Below, in pieces: positions 25,591-35,307 of a DNA stretch of 43,276 bases. The translations under genes were made by a program, and so were the position numbers. The notes beneath the pieces were generated by a model. The model was not told where the DNA came from and did not search any database. It saw nothing but the letters and a program-made list of their open reading frames with translations. This DNA comes from a virus (lineage: Duplodnaviria; Caudoviricetes), in the IMG/VR virus record IMGVR_UViG_3300005077_000078, positions 1-43,276 of that record; one strand, written 5' to 3'. How positions within the stretch are numbered: the stretch's first letter is position 1; each line of letters begins with the position of its first letter.

Positions 25591-27045
25591 ATGCCGAGCG
25601 GAACCGGGAGTCTCTACGAGGGCTACGAGTACGGCCAGCAGAAGATGGGCGCTCGCCGAAAGGCAGAGGCGGACGCGGCCTCAAAAATGGCCGACGACAC
25701 GCGAGCCGCCCTGAACGACGCCTTCACGCAGGCGAACACGCTGCGGGAGGCGGCCACCAGCGACAAATACGACCCGTCCCAAGCGGGCGCGTTGCTGGAC
25801 GCGGCCAGGATGTGGAACGAGCGGTATTCTAAGCTCACCGGCATGGACATGCACGGGGCCATCTCTGGCATGATAAACGGGCCGGCTCCCGGCTCAGGGC
25901 CGGTCGGGTTCGAGACCAGCGTCTCCGACCCGTCCGGCGGAAAGCAGTCCGACAGGTTCGTCGGCCCTCCGCCGCCCCCGAGCGCGGCCGCCCCACGGGC
26001 GAGGCCGACCGTGACCGGCATCCCGACGGACCCGGTCAGGGCGGCCAGCTACTTCTCCAAGGCTCGCACCGCCGCCCAGTTGACCGCGCAGCAGGAACAC
26101 GGCGACCGCCTCATGGGTGCCTTCGACAAGTTCGTCTACGACAGCGGCGGCTACGGTGCCCCCGGCCTGCGCCAGCGGTTCATGCAGGTCTACGGAGAGG
26201 CCGCGGAGATGTACGGGCAGGAGTTTGCCGACAAGGCGGCAGCCCCGATCATCAGGACAATGGACGAGGTCGAAAGCACCTACGCTGCCAGACTGAAGGC
26301 CGAGAGCGAGGCCCTCGAGAAGGGCGGCACCGAGCGTCGGCTAATCATGAAGGACATGAACCAGTACCTCGACACGCTGTTCGGGGCCGAGTTCGACGCG
26401 ATGGGCAACATGATCACAAGGATGGTGTCCGGCACCGAGTCCGCCAGGAACCAGATGGGCTACTTCGCGGCCAGCATGGTCGGTGCCGGCATGACGACCG
26501 ACGAGATCCAGTACCGACTGTCGGACATGTTCCAGGGCACCGATTTCAAAGTAGCGAAGAACGGCATCCCCATCCAGCCGTGGAAGAAGATCCTCGAGCA
26601 GGCCACCCCGGACCAGGTGGCGACGGCCAACAGGTTCTGGGCCAGCGGCCACAACGTCGAGTGGTACAAGCCCGTGCTGAAGGGCAAGGAAATCCTGTTC
26701 GTCTACGACAGACCGGGCGACGTACCCGTGGCGCTGGACCCCAAGAAGGGCGAAGAGGCCAACCCGGAGAGGCAGGGAACGTCATCCTACGGCGGGTCCG
26801 GGCGTAGCTCGACTCGGGAGTGGGACCGGGACCGTATCATGGGAGAGCAGCCAGCCCAGAGCGATGCCGCGGCTTCTGCCGGCCCCGTGAAGAAGGGCGG
26901 CGGCATCCCTGTCCCGGAGTCGGTCTCCAGGGTGATGTCCGGGGTCGGCAGGGCGGCCGGCGGGGCCTACCAGGGCGGGATCGAGGGCCTGCGCGGCATC
27001 ACCGACCTCATCGGGGTGACCGACACGAAGAACAGGAGCCGCTGA
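25591..27045 (+). CDS. DNA ejection (internal virion) protein 2
   Basis: Ala/Gln-rich helical 484 aa between the small and giant ejection genes. Confidence 0.65.
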   Translation: MPSGTGSLYEGYEYGQQKMGARRKAEADAASKMADDTRAALNDAFTQANTLREAATSDKYDPSQAGALLDAARMWNERYSKLTGMDMHGAISGMINGPAPGSGPVGFETSVSDPSGGKQSDRFVGPPPPPSAAAPRARPTVTGIPTDPVRAASYFSKARTAAQLTAQQEHGDRLMGAFDKFVYDSGGYGAPGLRQRFMQVYGEAAEMYGQEFADKAAAPIIRTMDEVESTYAARLKAESEALEKGGTERRLIMKDMNQYLDTLFGAEFDAMGNMITRMVSGTESARNQMGYFAASMVGAGMTTDEIQYRLSDMFQGTDFKVAKNGIPIQPWKKILEQATPDQVATANRFWASGHNVEWYKPVLKGKEILFVYDRPGDVPVALDPKKGEEANPERQGTSSYGGSGRSSTREWDRDRIMGEQPAQSDAAASAGPVKKGGGIPVPESVSRVMSGVGRAAGGAYQGGIEGLRGITDLIGVTDTKNRSR

Positions 27046-30000
27046 TGGACCTCAACGCTACGGCCAGGGACATCCGTGAAAGGTTCGGGTCCTCTCTCCA
27101 GAAGGCTTCCGACGCCCACGGAGTGCCGGTAGACCTGCTGGCGGCCATCGCCGCCGTGGAGTCCAACGGCAACCCGTCGGCCGTGTCGCCGAAGGGGGCG
27201 ATGGGCCTGTTCCAGTTCATGCCGGCCACGGCGATGGACTACGGGTTGGACGACCGCACGGACCCCGACAAGAGCGCGATGGCGGCCGGGAAGTTCTACG
27301 CCGACCTGCTCAGGAGGTACAACGGCAATGTAGACCTGGCCGTTGCTGCCGGCAACGCCGGCCCCGGCAAGGTGGACTCCGGCGAGTACCTCAGTTTCCG
27401 CGAGACCGTGCAGCACATGGAGCGCGTGCGCGAGGCGATGGGAAGGCCGTCCGACCCTACGGCGCTCACGGGCGAGAGGTCGTGGGAGGCTATCCAGGCA
27501 GCCAGGGGTCGCTCCCCGATGCGAGGAGAGATCACCGACCAGAAAAAGGCCGCCGAGGTCTTCGCTCTGGCGAACATCCAGAGCGCGTCCCTGCGCATCC
27601 CCGACTTCAACCCCGACCCGCAGGCGGTCATCGAACTGGCGGAGCGCCAGGACAGCGGCTTCATGAAGCGGTACATTCTTGGCGGTGCCAAGTCTGCCGC
27701 CCTGGGGTTCTTCTCGATGGTGCCGGCGTCGATGTCCGTCCTCGGTGCCGCCATCGACAAGGTGGCCGACGACGTCGCCATGCGCGACGTCACGTTCGAC
27801 CAGCTCGCGACCACGGGGCTGACCTGGAACAAGTGGCTCGAGGAACACCTCGCCGTCGAGAACCCCAACCTCTACCACCAACTGATGGGCGCTGCCGGGA
27901 ACATGGCATGGTTCGGGGGTGGCGGACTCCTCGCGGCCAGGGGGGCGTCGTTGATCCTGGCCGGCGAGAGGTCCCTTGCTCCCGCCCTGGTGGCGAAGAT
28001 CGGCGACGCCATCGGTCTGGGCGTGATGAGTACCCTCGAGTCGGCGGTCGAGCAGGGCGACGCCATCCAGCGTCGCATGGACCGAGGTATGTCGGCGAGC
28101 GACGCTCTCGAGGACTCGAAGGAAGTGTTCCAGGAGAACATGCTGCTGACCCTCGCGACCAACGCCCCGTACTGGTCGCCCGGCTCCAGGCTCGCTCGCA
28201 TGGCAATCGAGGCCGTGTCGGAGGGGCCGATCCAGGAGAGGGCCCAGAAGGCGATCCAGGACGTGGCCGACGGGACCGGCAAGTGGGGCGACTTCTTCGA
28301 CTACCACTACGCCTGGCAGGAGGGCCTGGTCGGAGCCATCGTCGGCGGCGTAGCCGCCGGCATCATCACACCGGAGCAGTCCAAACTGCCCAAGGAAGGC
28401 AAGGACGCCCCCACTCACCGGCTCGAGGACCTGGTCACCCAGGCTGAAGCCGAGGCCGGGATCGCGCCCCCCACGGACGAGGCCACCCTCGGCCAGCGCG
28501 TCGAGGCCATCCTGGCCCAGCGCAGGAAGGTGCCGGCCCGAGGGGGCGAGGGCACCGCGGCGAGGATCGGGGAGATCCTAGGGGCGGTTCGCGGGGGCCA
28601 GCAGGCCGCCGCCCAGCCGGAGCAGGCACCCCAGGCCGCCCAGCCTGCCCACGGGGCCGACGTCGCCGTCCTGCCCCAGGACGACGAGCGCGAGCAGCGC
28701 AGGGCCAAGCTGGACGCCCTGGGCGACGAGATCGAGACCGAGATGAGGTTCCTCCAGGTCCAGGACGCCGTCGGCCGGGTCCTGGGAACCGAGGTGGACC
28801 TGTCCGAGAGGCTGTCAGAGGAGCAACTGGCCGACGTCCGCGAGCGCATCAAGCGGGCGTTCTCTGTCACCGGAGAAGCCCACCAGAGGTACGCCGTCCA
28901 GCAGTTGGTGATGAAGGTCCGCGGCATGCTGCTGGGGACCTCGCCGGCCACCACCGAGCAGGAGATGGCCGCCGGCCGCCAGGAACTGAAGGACCAGTAC
29001 AACGCCGCCAAGGCCGCCGAGCTTCAGCGCAGAGCCGAAGAGCGCGAGGCGAAGGCCGCCGCAGCCGAACTCATGGCCCAGGAGGTGGAGAGGCGTCGGC
29101 AGGAAGAGGCCCTGAAGGCGCAGGGAAGGAAGGCCACCAAGGAACTGTCCGGTAACCTGGCTGAAGCCACGATGACCCAGAGGCCCGCGAAGGTCGTCAC
29201 GCCCCTGGAGGCCATCGAGACCGTCCGCAAGCACCTCGAGGAAGCATACCAGAAGAAGTTCAAGATGTCCGAACTGGGGGACCAGTTGGACTCCGTGGCG
29301 GCCGAGGCTGCCGCGGCGATGAACGAGAATGACCCTGTGCTGCGGGCTAGGCTGTTCGACCGCGTCGCCGAACGAGCGGAGGGGTTGCTTCTGGACAGGG
29401 AGGCCGAGCGCAGCGCCGGGGTCCGCAGCCTGCCCAAGCCCGCCTATACCGTGGGAAAGTCCAGCTCCGGGCAGCAGATCCCGGTCGCCCCCGAATCTGT
29501 TCTGCCCAACAGGGACGTCGCATTCCTTGGCTCTCCTATGGACTCGTTCTTTGGGATCAAGTTCAAGAAGGTGGCAAGGAATGCGGCCACCAATTACAAG
29601 GCCCTCGAGGTGCTGGCCAACATCCTTGACGTGCGCATCACGTTCTTCGAGCAGACGCAAGACGGAGACATCATCACGCAGACGATGGGTGCCACCGCGA
29701 AGAACAAGCACGTCATGATCAACGTCAACAGGGGGCCTGACGACTCTCCGATGGTGGCGACGCTCGGCCATGAAGTTCTGCACAACCTGGAGCTGCACTA
29801 CCCGGCCGAATACAAGAAGCTGTACGACATGGTCGCGGCGACAGGGGTCTTCCAGACGAAGCTCGCAGAAATCCAAAGCAACCTGTCGCACTACCCGTCG
29901 CACTTGATGGAGGAGGAGTTCCTGGCCGACATCGTGGGCCAGGTCGTCAACTCCGAAGCGTTCCTGCGCAAGCTGGCCGAGCAGGACATGCCGCTGCTGA

Positions 30001-33000
30001 GGCGGCTGTACAAGGAAGTCCAGAAGGTCGTCGCCCAGGTCAAGGCGAGCCTCGCCTCGAAGGCTGGCAAGAACTGGGCCATCATGGAGAGCGTCCTGAC
30101 TGACGTGCAGGCGTTCGAGGACAAGATGGCCGGCATCATCGCGGAGTTCGCGAAGGGCAGGGCCGAGGAGCGCGTGCAGGAGATCATCAGGAGAGACCGG
30201 GCTGCCCGCGTGTCAAAGCTCACTCCGACCGAGAGGGTGGCGAAAGCCAAGGCCGACGCGGCTGCTGCTGCCGCCGTGGCGGCTCCTCCCGGATCGTCGG
30301 CCACTCCGATGGCAGCCCCGGCCATGCACGTCGATGCGAATGCGGCCGAGGCCGTCTTCGAGCAAGCTGTCACGTCCGAGGCCCCGTCCGAGGTGAGGCT
30401 CTTCATGTCATACAGGACGCTCGAGGCCCACAAGGCCAAGCTGATGAAGTTCCTGTCCAAGAAGTCCGGCATGGCCGAGGAAGAGATCATGCTGGCGTGG
30501 CCGCAGATCGAGGCCCTCGCCGCCGAACTCGAGAAGCACCCCGAACTCAATACGCCGTTCGCCGAGCCGGGGACGCAGTCGCCGCTGCCGAACAACCTGT
30601 TCGAGAAGTCCCGCGCATTCGAGTTGAGCGGCAACTGCCCTAACAGCGCGGAGTACCGGGCCACTCTCGACGCCATCGAGGAGAGGCTCGCCAAGCTGCG
30701 CCCCCAGAAGCCGATGCTGTCCAGCGACGAGTTGATGGCGATGGCTTTCTTCTTCCGCAGCGCCGGCAAGGTCGCCCCGTGTCACATCTGCTACGTCGAG
30801 GCCGTGCGTAGGAAGAAGAACGACGCCGTGAACGCATTCATCTCCGGCGTCGGCAAGAACCCGAAGAAGACGCCTAGGTTCATGAACGCGAAGAGCTACC
30901 CGCACCGCGCCAGGATCATGAAGAAGTACGGGGCGATCCCGGCCGACATCTTCACGAACAACGAGAAGTACAGGAAGATGCCGGAGTACGCCGGCCTCGC
31001 CGCCGAGGTGACCAGGTACGCGCAGGGCGCGGCCTTCGCCAGGTCCGCCGACAAGCGCAACGCCGAGTACTCCGGAGACTGGCTCGGCCCGCATGGTGCC
31101 GGCCTCACCGCCAAGCAGCGGGCGAAGTACGACGCCCGCGGCAGGGGCCCGCGGTTCAGCGGCAGCAACGACTTCGTCATCGACCAGGTCATCGACTGGA
31201 TGCAGGGCATCGTGGACCTGGCTGCCCAGGGGATGCCGGCCTACGTCTACACCAAGATGAACGACATGGTGCAGATTTTCCACAAGACCGGCATCAACAT
31301 CAACCAGAGCGTCGCGGTCAGGCTCAAGGAAGGGCAGGACCCGGCCACGGCCAGGCCGGACCTCGAGAACGGCATGGACTGGGCCGACGCCAAGAGGAAC
31401 CGCGGCCTCGGGCGCAACGTCGGCACGGTGCTGGTCGCCGTCAACGACGCGCAGATCAAGTGGGGCCTCGACCAGGACTGGATCGACATCGTCATCCCCG
31501 GCCACCACTCCGGCGTCTCGAAGGAGCAGCTTGCCCTGATGGGGTGGAAGAGGTACGACGGCAAGCCTGGCCGCGTCTACGTCGAGCGCACCTTCGGCAG
31601 CCACCCGAACTACGACAAAATCAAGAACGACGTGCGCGACCCGTCGCTCGCGATGACGCCCGTGAAGCCGATCTTCGACTTCGAGTACGCGCAGCGGGCC
31701 TTGAGCGAGTTCTACGCGAAGGGAGGGGCTCAGGCCATCACGGCCCCCAACCAGGCCGCGGTGAAACACGCCGTGTCCGAGGTCAAGAAGGGCCGGGAGG
31801 CGTTCGACCGCTCCGTCATCGTCGAACATAAGAAGGAACTCGAGGTCCAGGACACGATCCCGACCCTGGTGCAGGAAGCGATGAACCCGGCCGTCCGGGC
31901 GGCCAACTCCACGTCGAGGACCGCGGGGGCCGTGGGCCCGAACGCGATCACGCCGCGGTACATCTCGGAGACCGCCGCCAAGGGCGAGACGATCCTCGAC
32001 TTCGGTGCCGGCAAGGACGCCTCGCATGCCGCCCGGCTGCGCAACGAGGGGCACGACGTCACAGCCTACGAGTTCGGCGACAACTCGGTGCCGGGCGTCC
32101 ACGACTCCGCCGCCCTCGGCAGGCAGTACGACACGGTCTACGCCAGCAACGTGCTTAACGTCCAGTCCAGCAAGAAAATGCTGGTGGACACGCTGCGGCA
32201 GATCAGGTCAGCCACCAAGGGCCGGGCGGTGTTCAACTACCCGGCGTCGCCGCGGTACCTCTCCGCGACCAACTCCGAGGTCGCGGCCGCCATCGAGTCC
32301 GTGTTCGGGTCGGCCCCCGTCCGCGTCGGCGGCACGTCCTCGGCACCCCTGTGGGAGGTGCGAGTCGGCGGCGTGTCCTTGAGCTACGACCGCAACGACC
32401 CCTCCGACACCGAGGAGATGGCGCACTTCCGCGGCCGCTACGCCAGGGCCACGGAGAAGGAGAAGAAGACGGGACGCCAGGTCCTGGTGAGCATCTACGA
32501 CTGGGTGCGCACCGCGATGGTGACTCGCGACCACCCGCTGTACTCGCTGGTCGCCCGCAGCCTGAAGCGCATCGGCCAGAACGTGCATGACTTCGACTGG
32601 TCTCGCCGGCCCGACCTGGTGCTTCGTGCCACCAGGACCTGGGTCTCGCAGGGTAACCTCGCCCTGAAGAAGGGCGTCTACGCCATCGGCGACGCCAGCA
32701 AGCTCATCCACAAGAGCCTCGAGGACATCGTCGCGGAGTTCGGTCTGGCCCCCTGGATCGACTCCGGCCACTTCCAGCAGTTCTGGCAGGCGGCCGATCA
32801 CGTCGCCAGGCACGACGTACTCGGCGACCGCTACTTCCCGAGCGCGGATGTTGACCACGAAGCCCACGCCGCGGCCGTCAAGGAGTACCAGCTTTACAAG
32901 CGACTCTACGACGCCTACGCGATCACGCACCCCACCTGGGTCACGGCCGTGGACTCGCTCACCAAGTTCAGCAACGCCATGCTGATGCGGATGCACCAGG

Positions 33001-33674
33001 CCGGCATCCTCTCGGAGAAGGAGTACAAGGACATCACCGAGAAGTTCGACGTGTTCTCTCCGATGGAGGTCCTGGACATCGTCGAGCATCACTTCCAGTC
33101 CGACGACAGCGCGATTGACCGCGAGAGCAAGGTCGTCCGCGCCCGCGGGCTGTTCGAGGCCGGCAAGGTCCGCGCTGACCCCTTCAACAGCCTGATCAAG
33201 AACGTCTACCGCGTCGAGTTCCACATCGCCCTGCACACGGCTCACATGTCTCAAGGTCGAGAAGTCGCAGACCTTCAAGGAGACGTACAGCAGGAGCATC
33301 AAGCGCATCTACGAAGAGATGGGGATCGCGGACATGGAGGACGGCGATCAGAAGACGGGCGCGCTCCGGGAGGCTCGCGAGCAGGCCCACGGAGAAGCGA
33401 CCTTTGCCGCCATGCCCGAGTTCCTGGCGAAGCTCGAGGAGATGGGGCTGGAGGGAATCGATTCCGGCCTTACCGGCTTCCAGAAGATCTGGGCCATCTC
33501 CTCCATCCAAGAGGCCGGCATGTTCGCGGTTATCCGCAACAGCAAGGTCGAGTACTACAAGGGCGATCCGGAGATCATGGAGCTGTTCGGCAGCTTCGAG
33601 AAGATGCCCGAGTTCATGAAGTACTTCGCCAAGCAGACGGCCCTGCTGCGAGGCGGCGCGGTCCTGACCCCTGA
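27045..33674 (+). CDS. Giant polyvalent ejection protein, N-terminal part (lytic transglycosylase, zincin peptidase, Cys-motif domain, methyltransferase)
   Basis: SLT motif AIAAVESNGNPSAVSPKGAMGLFQFMPATA, HEVLH...EEFLAD, APCHICYV, and ILDFGAGK...SNVLNV. The sequence after about 33250 reads like off-frame translation. Confidence 0.85.
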   Translation: MDLNATARDIRERFGSSLQKASDAHGVPVDLLAAIAAVESNGNPSAVSPKGAMGLFQFMPATAMDYGLDDRTDPDKSAMAAGKFYADLLRRYNGNVDLAVAAGNAGPGKVDSGEYLSFRETVQHMERVREAMGRPSDPTALTGERSWEAIQAARGRSPMRGEITDQKKAAEVFALANIQSASLRIPDFNPDPQAVIELAERQDSGFMKRYILGGAKSAALGFFSMVPASMSVLGAAIDKVADDVAMRDVTFDQLATTGLTWNKWLEEHLAVENPNLYHQLMGAAGNMAWFGGGGLLAARGASLILAGERSLAPALVAKIGDAIGLGVMSTLESAVEQGDAIQRRMDRGMSASDALEDSKEVFQENMLLTLATNAPYWSPGSRLARMAIEAVSEGPIQERAQKAIQDVADGTGKWGDFFDYHYAWQEGLVGAIVGGVAAGIITPEQSKLPKEGKDAPTHRLEDLVTQAEAEAGIAPPTDEATLGQRVEAILAQRRKVPARGGEGTAARIGEILGAVRGGQQAAAQPEQAPQAAQPAHGADVAVLPQDDEREQRRAKLDALGDEIETEMRFLQVQDAVGRVLGTEVDLSERLSEEQLADVRERIKRAFSVTGEAHQRYAVQQLVMKVRGMLLGTSPATTEQEMAAGRQELKDQYNAAKAAELQRRAEEREAKAAAAELMAQEVERRRQEEALKAQGRKATKELSGNLAEATMTQRPAKVVTPLEAIETVRKHLEEAYQKKFKMSELGDQLDSVAAEAAAAMNENDPVLRARLFDRVAERAEGLLLDREAERSAGVRSLPKPAYTVGKSSSGQQIPVAPESVLPNRDVAFLGSPMDSFFGIKFKKVARNAATNYKALEVLANILDVRITFFEQTQDGDIITQTMGATAKNKHVMINVNRGPDDSPMVATLGHEVLHNLELHYPAEYKKLYDMVAATGVFQTKLAEIQSNLSHYPSHLMEEEFLADIVGQVVNSEAFLRKLAEQDMPLLRRLYKEVQKVVAQVKASLASKAGKNWAIMESVLTDVQAFEDKMAGIIAEFAKGRAEERVQEIIRRDRAARVSKLTPTERVAKAKADAAAAAAVAAPPGSSATPMAAPAMHVDANAAEAVFEQAVTSEAPSEVRLFMSYRTLEAHKAKLMKFLSKKSGMAEEEIMLAWPQIEALAAELEKHPELNTPFAEPGTQSPLPNNLFEKSRAFELSGNCPNSAEYRATLDAIEERLAKLRPQKPMLSSDELMAMAFFFRSAGKVAPCHICYVEAVRRKKNDAVNAFISGVGKNPKKTPRFMNAKSYPHRARIMKKYGAIPADIFTNNEKYRKMPEYAGLAAEVTRYAQGAAFARSADKRNAEYSGDWLGPHGAGLTAKQRAKYDARGRGPRFSGSNDFVIDQVIDWMQGIVDLAAQGMPAYVYTKMNDMVQIFHKTGININQSVAVRLKEGQDPATARPDLENGMDWADAKRNRGLGRNVGTVLVAVNDAQIKWGLDQDWIDIVIPGHHSGVSKEQLALMGWKRYDGKPGRVYVERTFGSHPNYDKIKNDVRDPSLAMTPVKPIFDFEYAQRALSEFYAKGGAQAITAPNQAAVKHAVSEVKKGREAFDRSVIVEHKKELEVQDTIPTLVQEAMNPAVRAANSTSRTAGAVGPNAITPRYISETAAKGETILDFGAGKDASHAARLRNEGHDVTAYEFGDNSVPGVHDSAALGRQYDTVYASNVLNVQSSKKMLVDTLRQIRSATKGRAVFNYPASPRYLSATNSEVAAAIESVFGSAPVRVGGTSSAPLWEVRVGGVSLSYDRNDPSDTEEMAHFRGRYARATEKEKKTGRQVLVSIYDWVRTAMVTRDHPLYSLVARSLKRIGQNVHDFDWSRRPDLVLRATRTWVSQGNLALKKGVYAIGDASKLIHKSLEDIVAEFGLAPWIDSGHFQQFWQAADHVARHDVLGDRYFPSADVDHEAHAAAVKEYQLYKRLYDAYAITHPTWVTAVDSLTKFSNAMLMRMHQAGILSEKEYKDITEKFDVFSPMEVLDIVEHHFQSDDSAIDRESKVVRARGLFEAGKVRADPFNSLIKNVYRVEFHIALHTAHMSQGREVADLQGDVQQEHQAHLRRDGDRGHGGRRSEDGRAPGGSRAGPRRSDLCRHARVPGEARGDGAGGNRFRPYRLPEDLGHLLHPRGRHVRGYPQQQGRVLQGRSGDHGAVRQLREDARVHEVLRQADGPAARRRGPDP

Positions 33675-35307
33675 CTTCATGGCCCGCAACCCGATCCGCG
33701 ACATGGCTCACGCGGCGATCATCGCCAACTCGCTCATCGCCAGCCCGACCGACGTCTTCAAGCTGCCGTTCCTGATCATGGACGGCATGCGCGAGGCGAT
33801 CCGCCAGGGCTCCACCTGGCGCGAGTGGGTGATGACCGGAGGGCCGGAGTCGGAGATGGTGGCCCCGGACCTGGCCGCGGTGCGGTCGAAGACCGAGGAC
33901 TTCGTCAGGGGCCGCGGGGCCGAGGCGCGGGAGTACGCCCGCAAGCACCCCGGCAAGTTCATCCTGGCGCACAGCCCTGTCAGGCTGCTGCAAACCATCT
34001 CGATCAAGACCGAGCAGGCTACCCGCCTCGCCGTCTACAAGAAGGTTAAGCGGGAGCTTCTCTCCCATGGATTCAGCCTGGAGGAGGCCAAGTTCAGGGC
34101 GATGATGGAGAGCCGCGAGGCCAGCATCGACTTCGCCACCCACGGAACGCTCGGCCGGTACGTCAACACCGCGATCCCGTTCTTCAACGCCGGGGTGCAG
34201 GCCCAGGACAAGATGTGGCGCACCCTGATGCGCGACCCCAACAAGGGCGCGGCCTGGACGAAGGCCGTGCTGATGATCATGATGCCGTCGATGCTGCTGT
34301 GGTGGAAGAACCACGACGAGGAGTGGTACAAGGACCTGCCGTACTGGATGAAGAACATGTTCTGGGTCTTCAGCCCCGACGGCGGCAAGACGGTCGTGAA
34401 GATCCCGAAGCCGTTCGAGCTTGGCATGATCTTCGGCAGCTTCCCGGAGCGGCTCGCGGAGTACTTCAACAAGGAGGACCCCGACGCTGTCAAGCGGTGG
34501 ATGGACGACTGGACGGACTCGGTGATCACGCTCAATCCCATCGAGCTTGCCGGCCCCATCGCGTTCACGCTCACGGAGATGAACTCGAACTACGACAACT
34601 TCCGCGACAACCCCATCGTGCCGGAGTACATGAAGCTGCTCGAGGACCGAGCCCAGTACGACGCAAACACCAGCGAGGCGGCCAGGTGGATCGGCGAGGT
34701 CATGCCCGGCAAGGGCGTGAGCCCGATGATGCTCGACCACCTGGTGGAGGGGTCTCTCGGCGGGACCGGGCGCTACCTGATGGACATCGCCAGCGCGGCG
34801 ATCATGGCCGCCGATCCGCGTCGCCGCGAGCGCAGGGCGGACAAGCCACAGGTCTTCGGGTTCATCCCGTCCAACGCCCCCGTCGTCCGGGCGTTCTTGC
34901 AGGACATGCCCGTCACCTACTCGGCCCCCAAGGACCGCTTCTACAAGCTGTACGAGCGTGCGCTGTCGTCGAATAACACGCTCCAGATGTACATGAAGAC
35001 CGGAGCCGACACCAACCTCACGGCCGACCTTCTGCGCAGGCAGGGGCTCGAGATCGCGATGTACCCGATGATCGCAGGGGCGGCGGCCAAGATGGCCGAC
35101 CTCCAGCGGGCCCGCCGCGCCATCATCAACGCTCCGGCCACCATTCTGACGTCGCGCCAGAAGGACGAGGAGATCCAGAAGATCGACGAGGCCGGCAACG
35201 CGATGATCAGAGTCATCGACGCCGAGTTCACCAAGCAACTGCAAGGCGGCAGCAAGTACCGCGACCAGATCAGGGCCGCTGCCGACATGATCGAGAGGAG
35301 CAGGTAA
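33250..35307 (+). CDS. Giant polyvalent protein, C-terminal part with LPD38-like domain (first ATG at 33319)
   Basis: REASIDFATHG, IPFFNAGVQ, Y.DLP.W.K..FW, VKIPKPFELG and SP..LDHL..G.LGGTG. The frame is open and codon-optimal from about 33250. Confidence 0.8.
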   Translation, partial: LKVEKSQTFKETYSRSIKRIYEEMGIADMEDGDQKTGALREAREQAHGEATFAAMPEFLAKLEEMGLEGIDSGLTGFQKIWAISSIQEAGMFAVIRNSKVEYYKGDPEIMELFGSFEKMPEFMKYFAKQTALLRGGAVLTPDFMARNPIRDMAHAAIIANSLIASPTDVFKLPFLIMDGMREAIRQGSTWREWVMTGGPESEMVAPDLAAVRSKTEDFVRGRGAEAREYARKHPGKFILAHSPVRLLQTISIKTEQATRLAVYKKVKRELLSHGFSLEEAKFRAMMESREASIDFATHGTLGRYVNTAIPFFNAGVQAQDKMWRTLMRDPNKGAAWTKAVLMIMMPSMLLWWKNHDEEWYKDLPYWMKNMFWVFSPDGGKTVVKIPKPFELGMIFGSFPERLAEYFNKEDPDAVKRWMDDWTDSVITLNPIELAGPIAFTLTEMNSNYDNFRDNPIVPEYMKLLEDRAQYDANTSEAARWIGEVMPGKGVSPMMLDHLVEGSLGGTGRYLMDIASAAIMAADPRRRERRADKPQVFGFIPSNAPVVRAFLQDMPVTYSAPKDRFYKLYERALSSNNTLQMYMKTGADTNLTADLLRRQGLEIAMYPMIAGAAAKMADLQRARRAIINAPATILTSRQKDEEIQKIDEAGNAMIRVIDAEFTKQLQGGSKYRDQIRAAADMIERSR

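Noticed and set aside
26820-27044. N-terminal extension of the giant ORF given by the ORF track
   Set aside because: It overlaps the upstream ejection gene out of frame. The coupled TGATG start at 27045 has an AGGAG RBS and begins the SLT domain.
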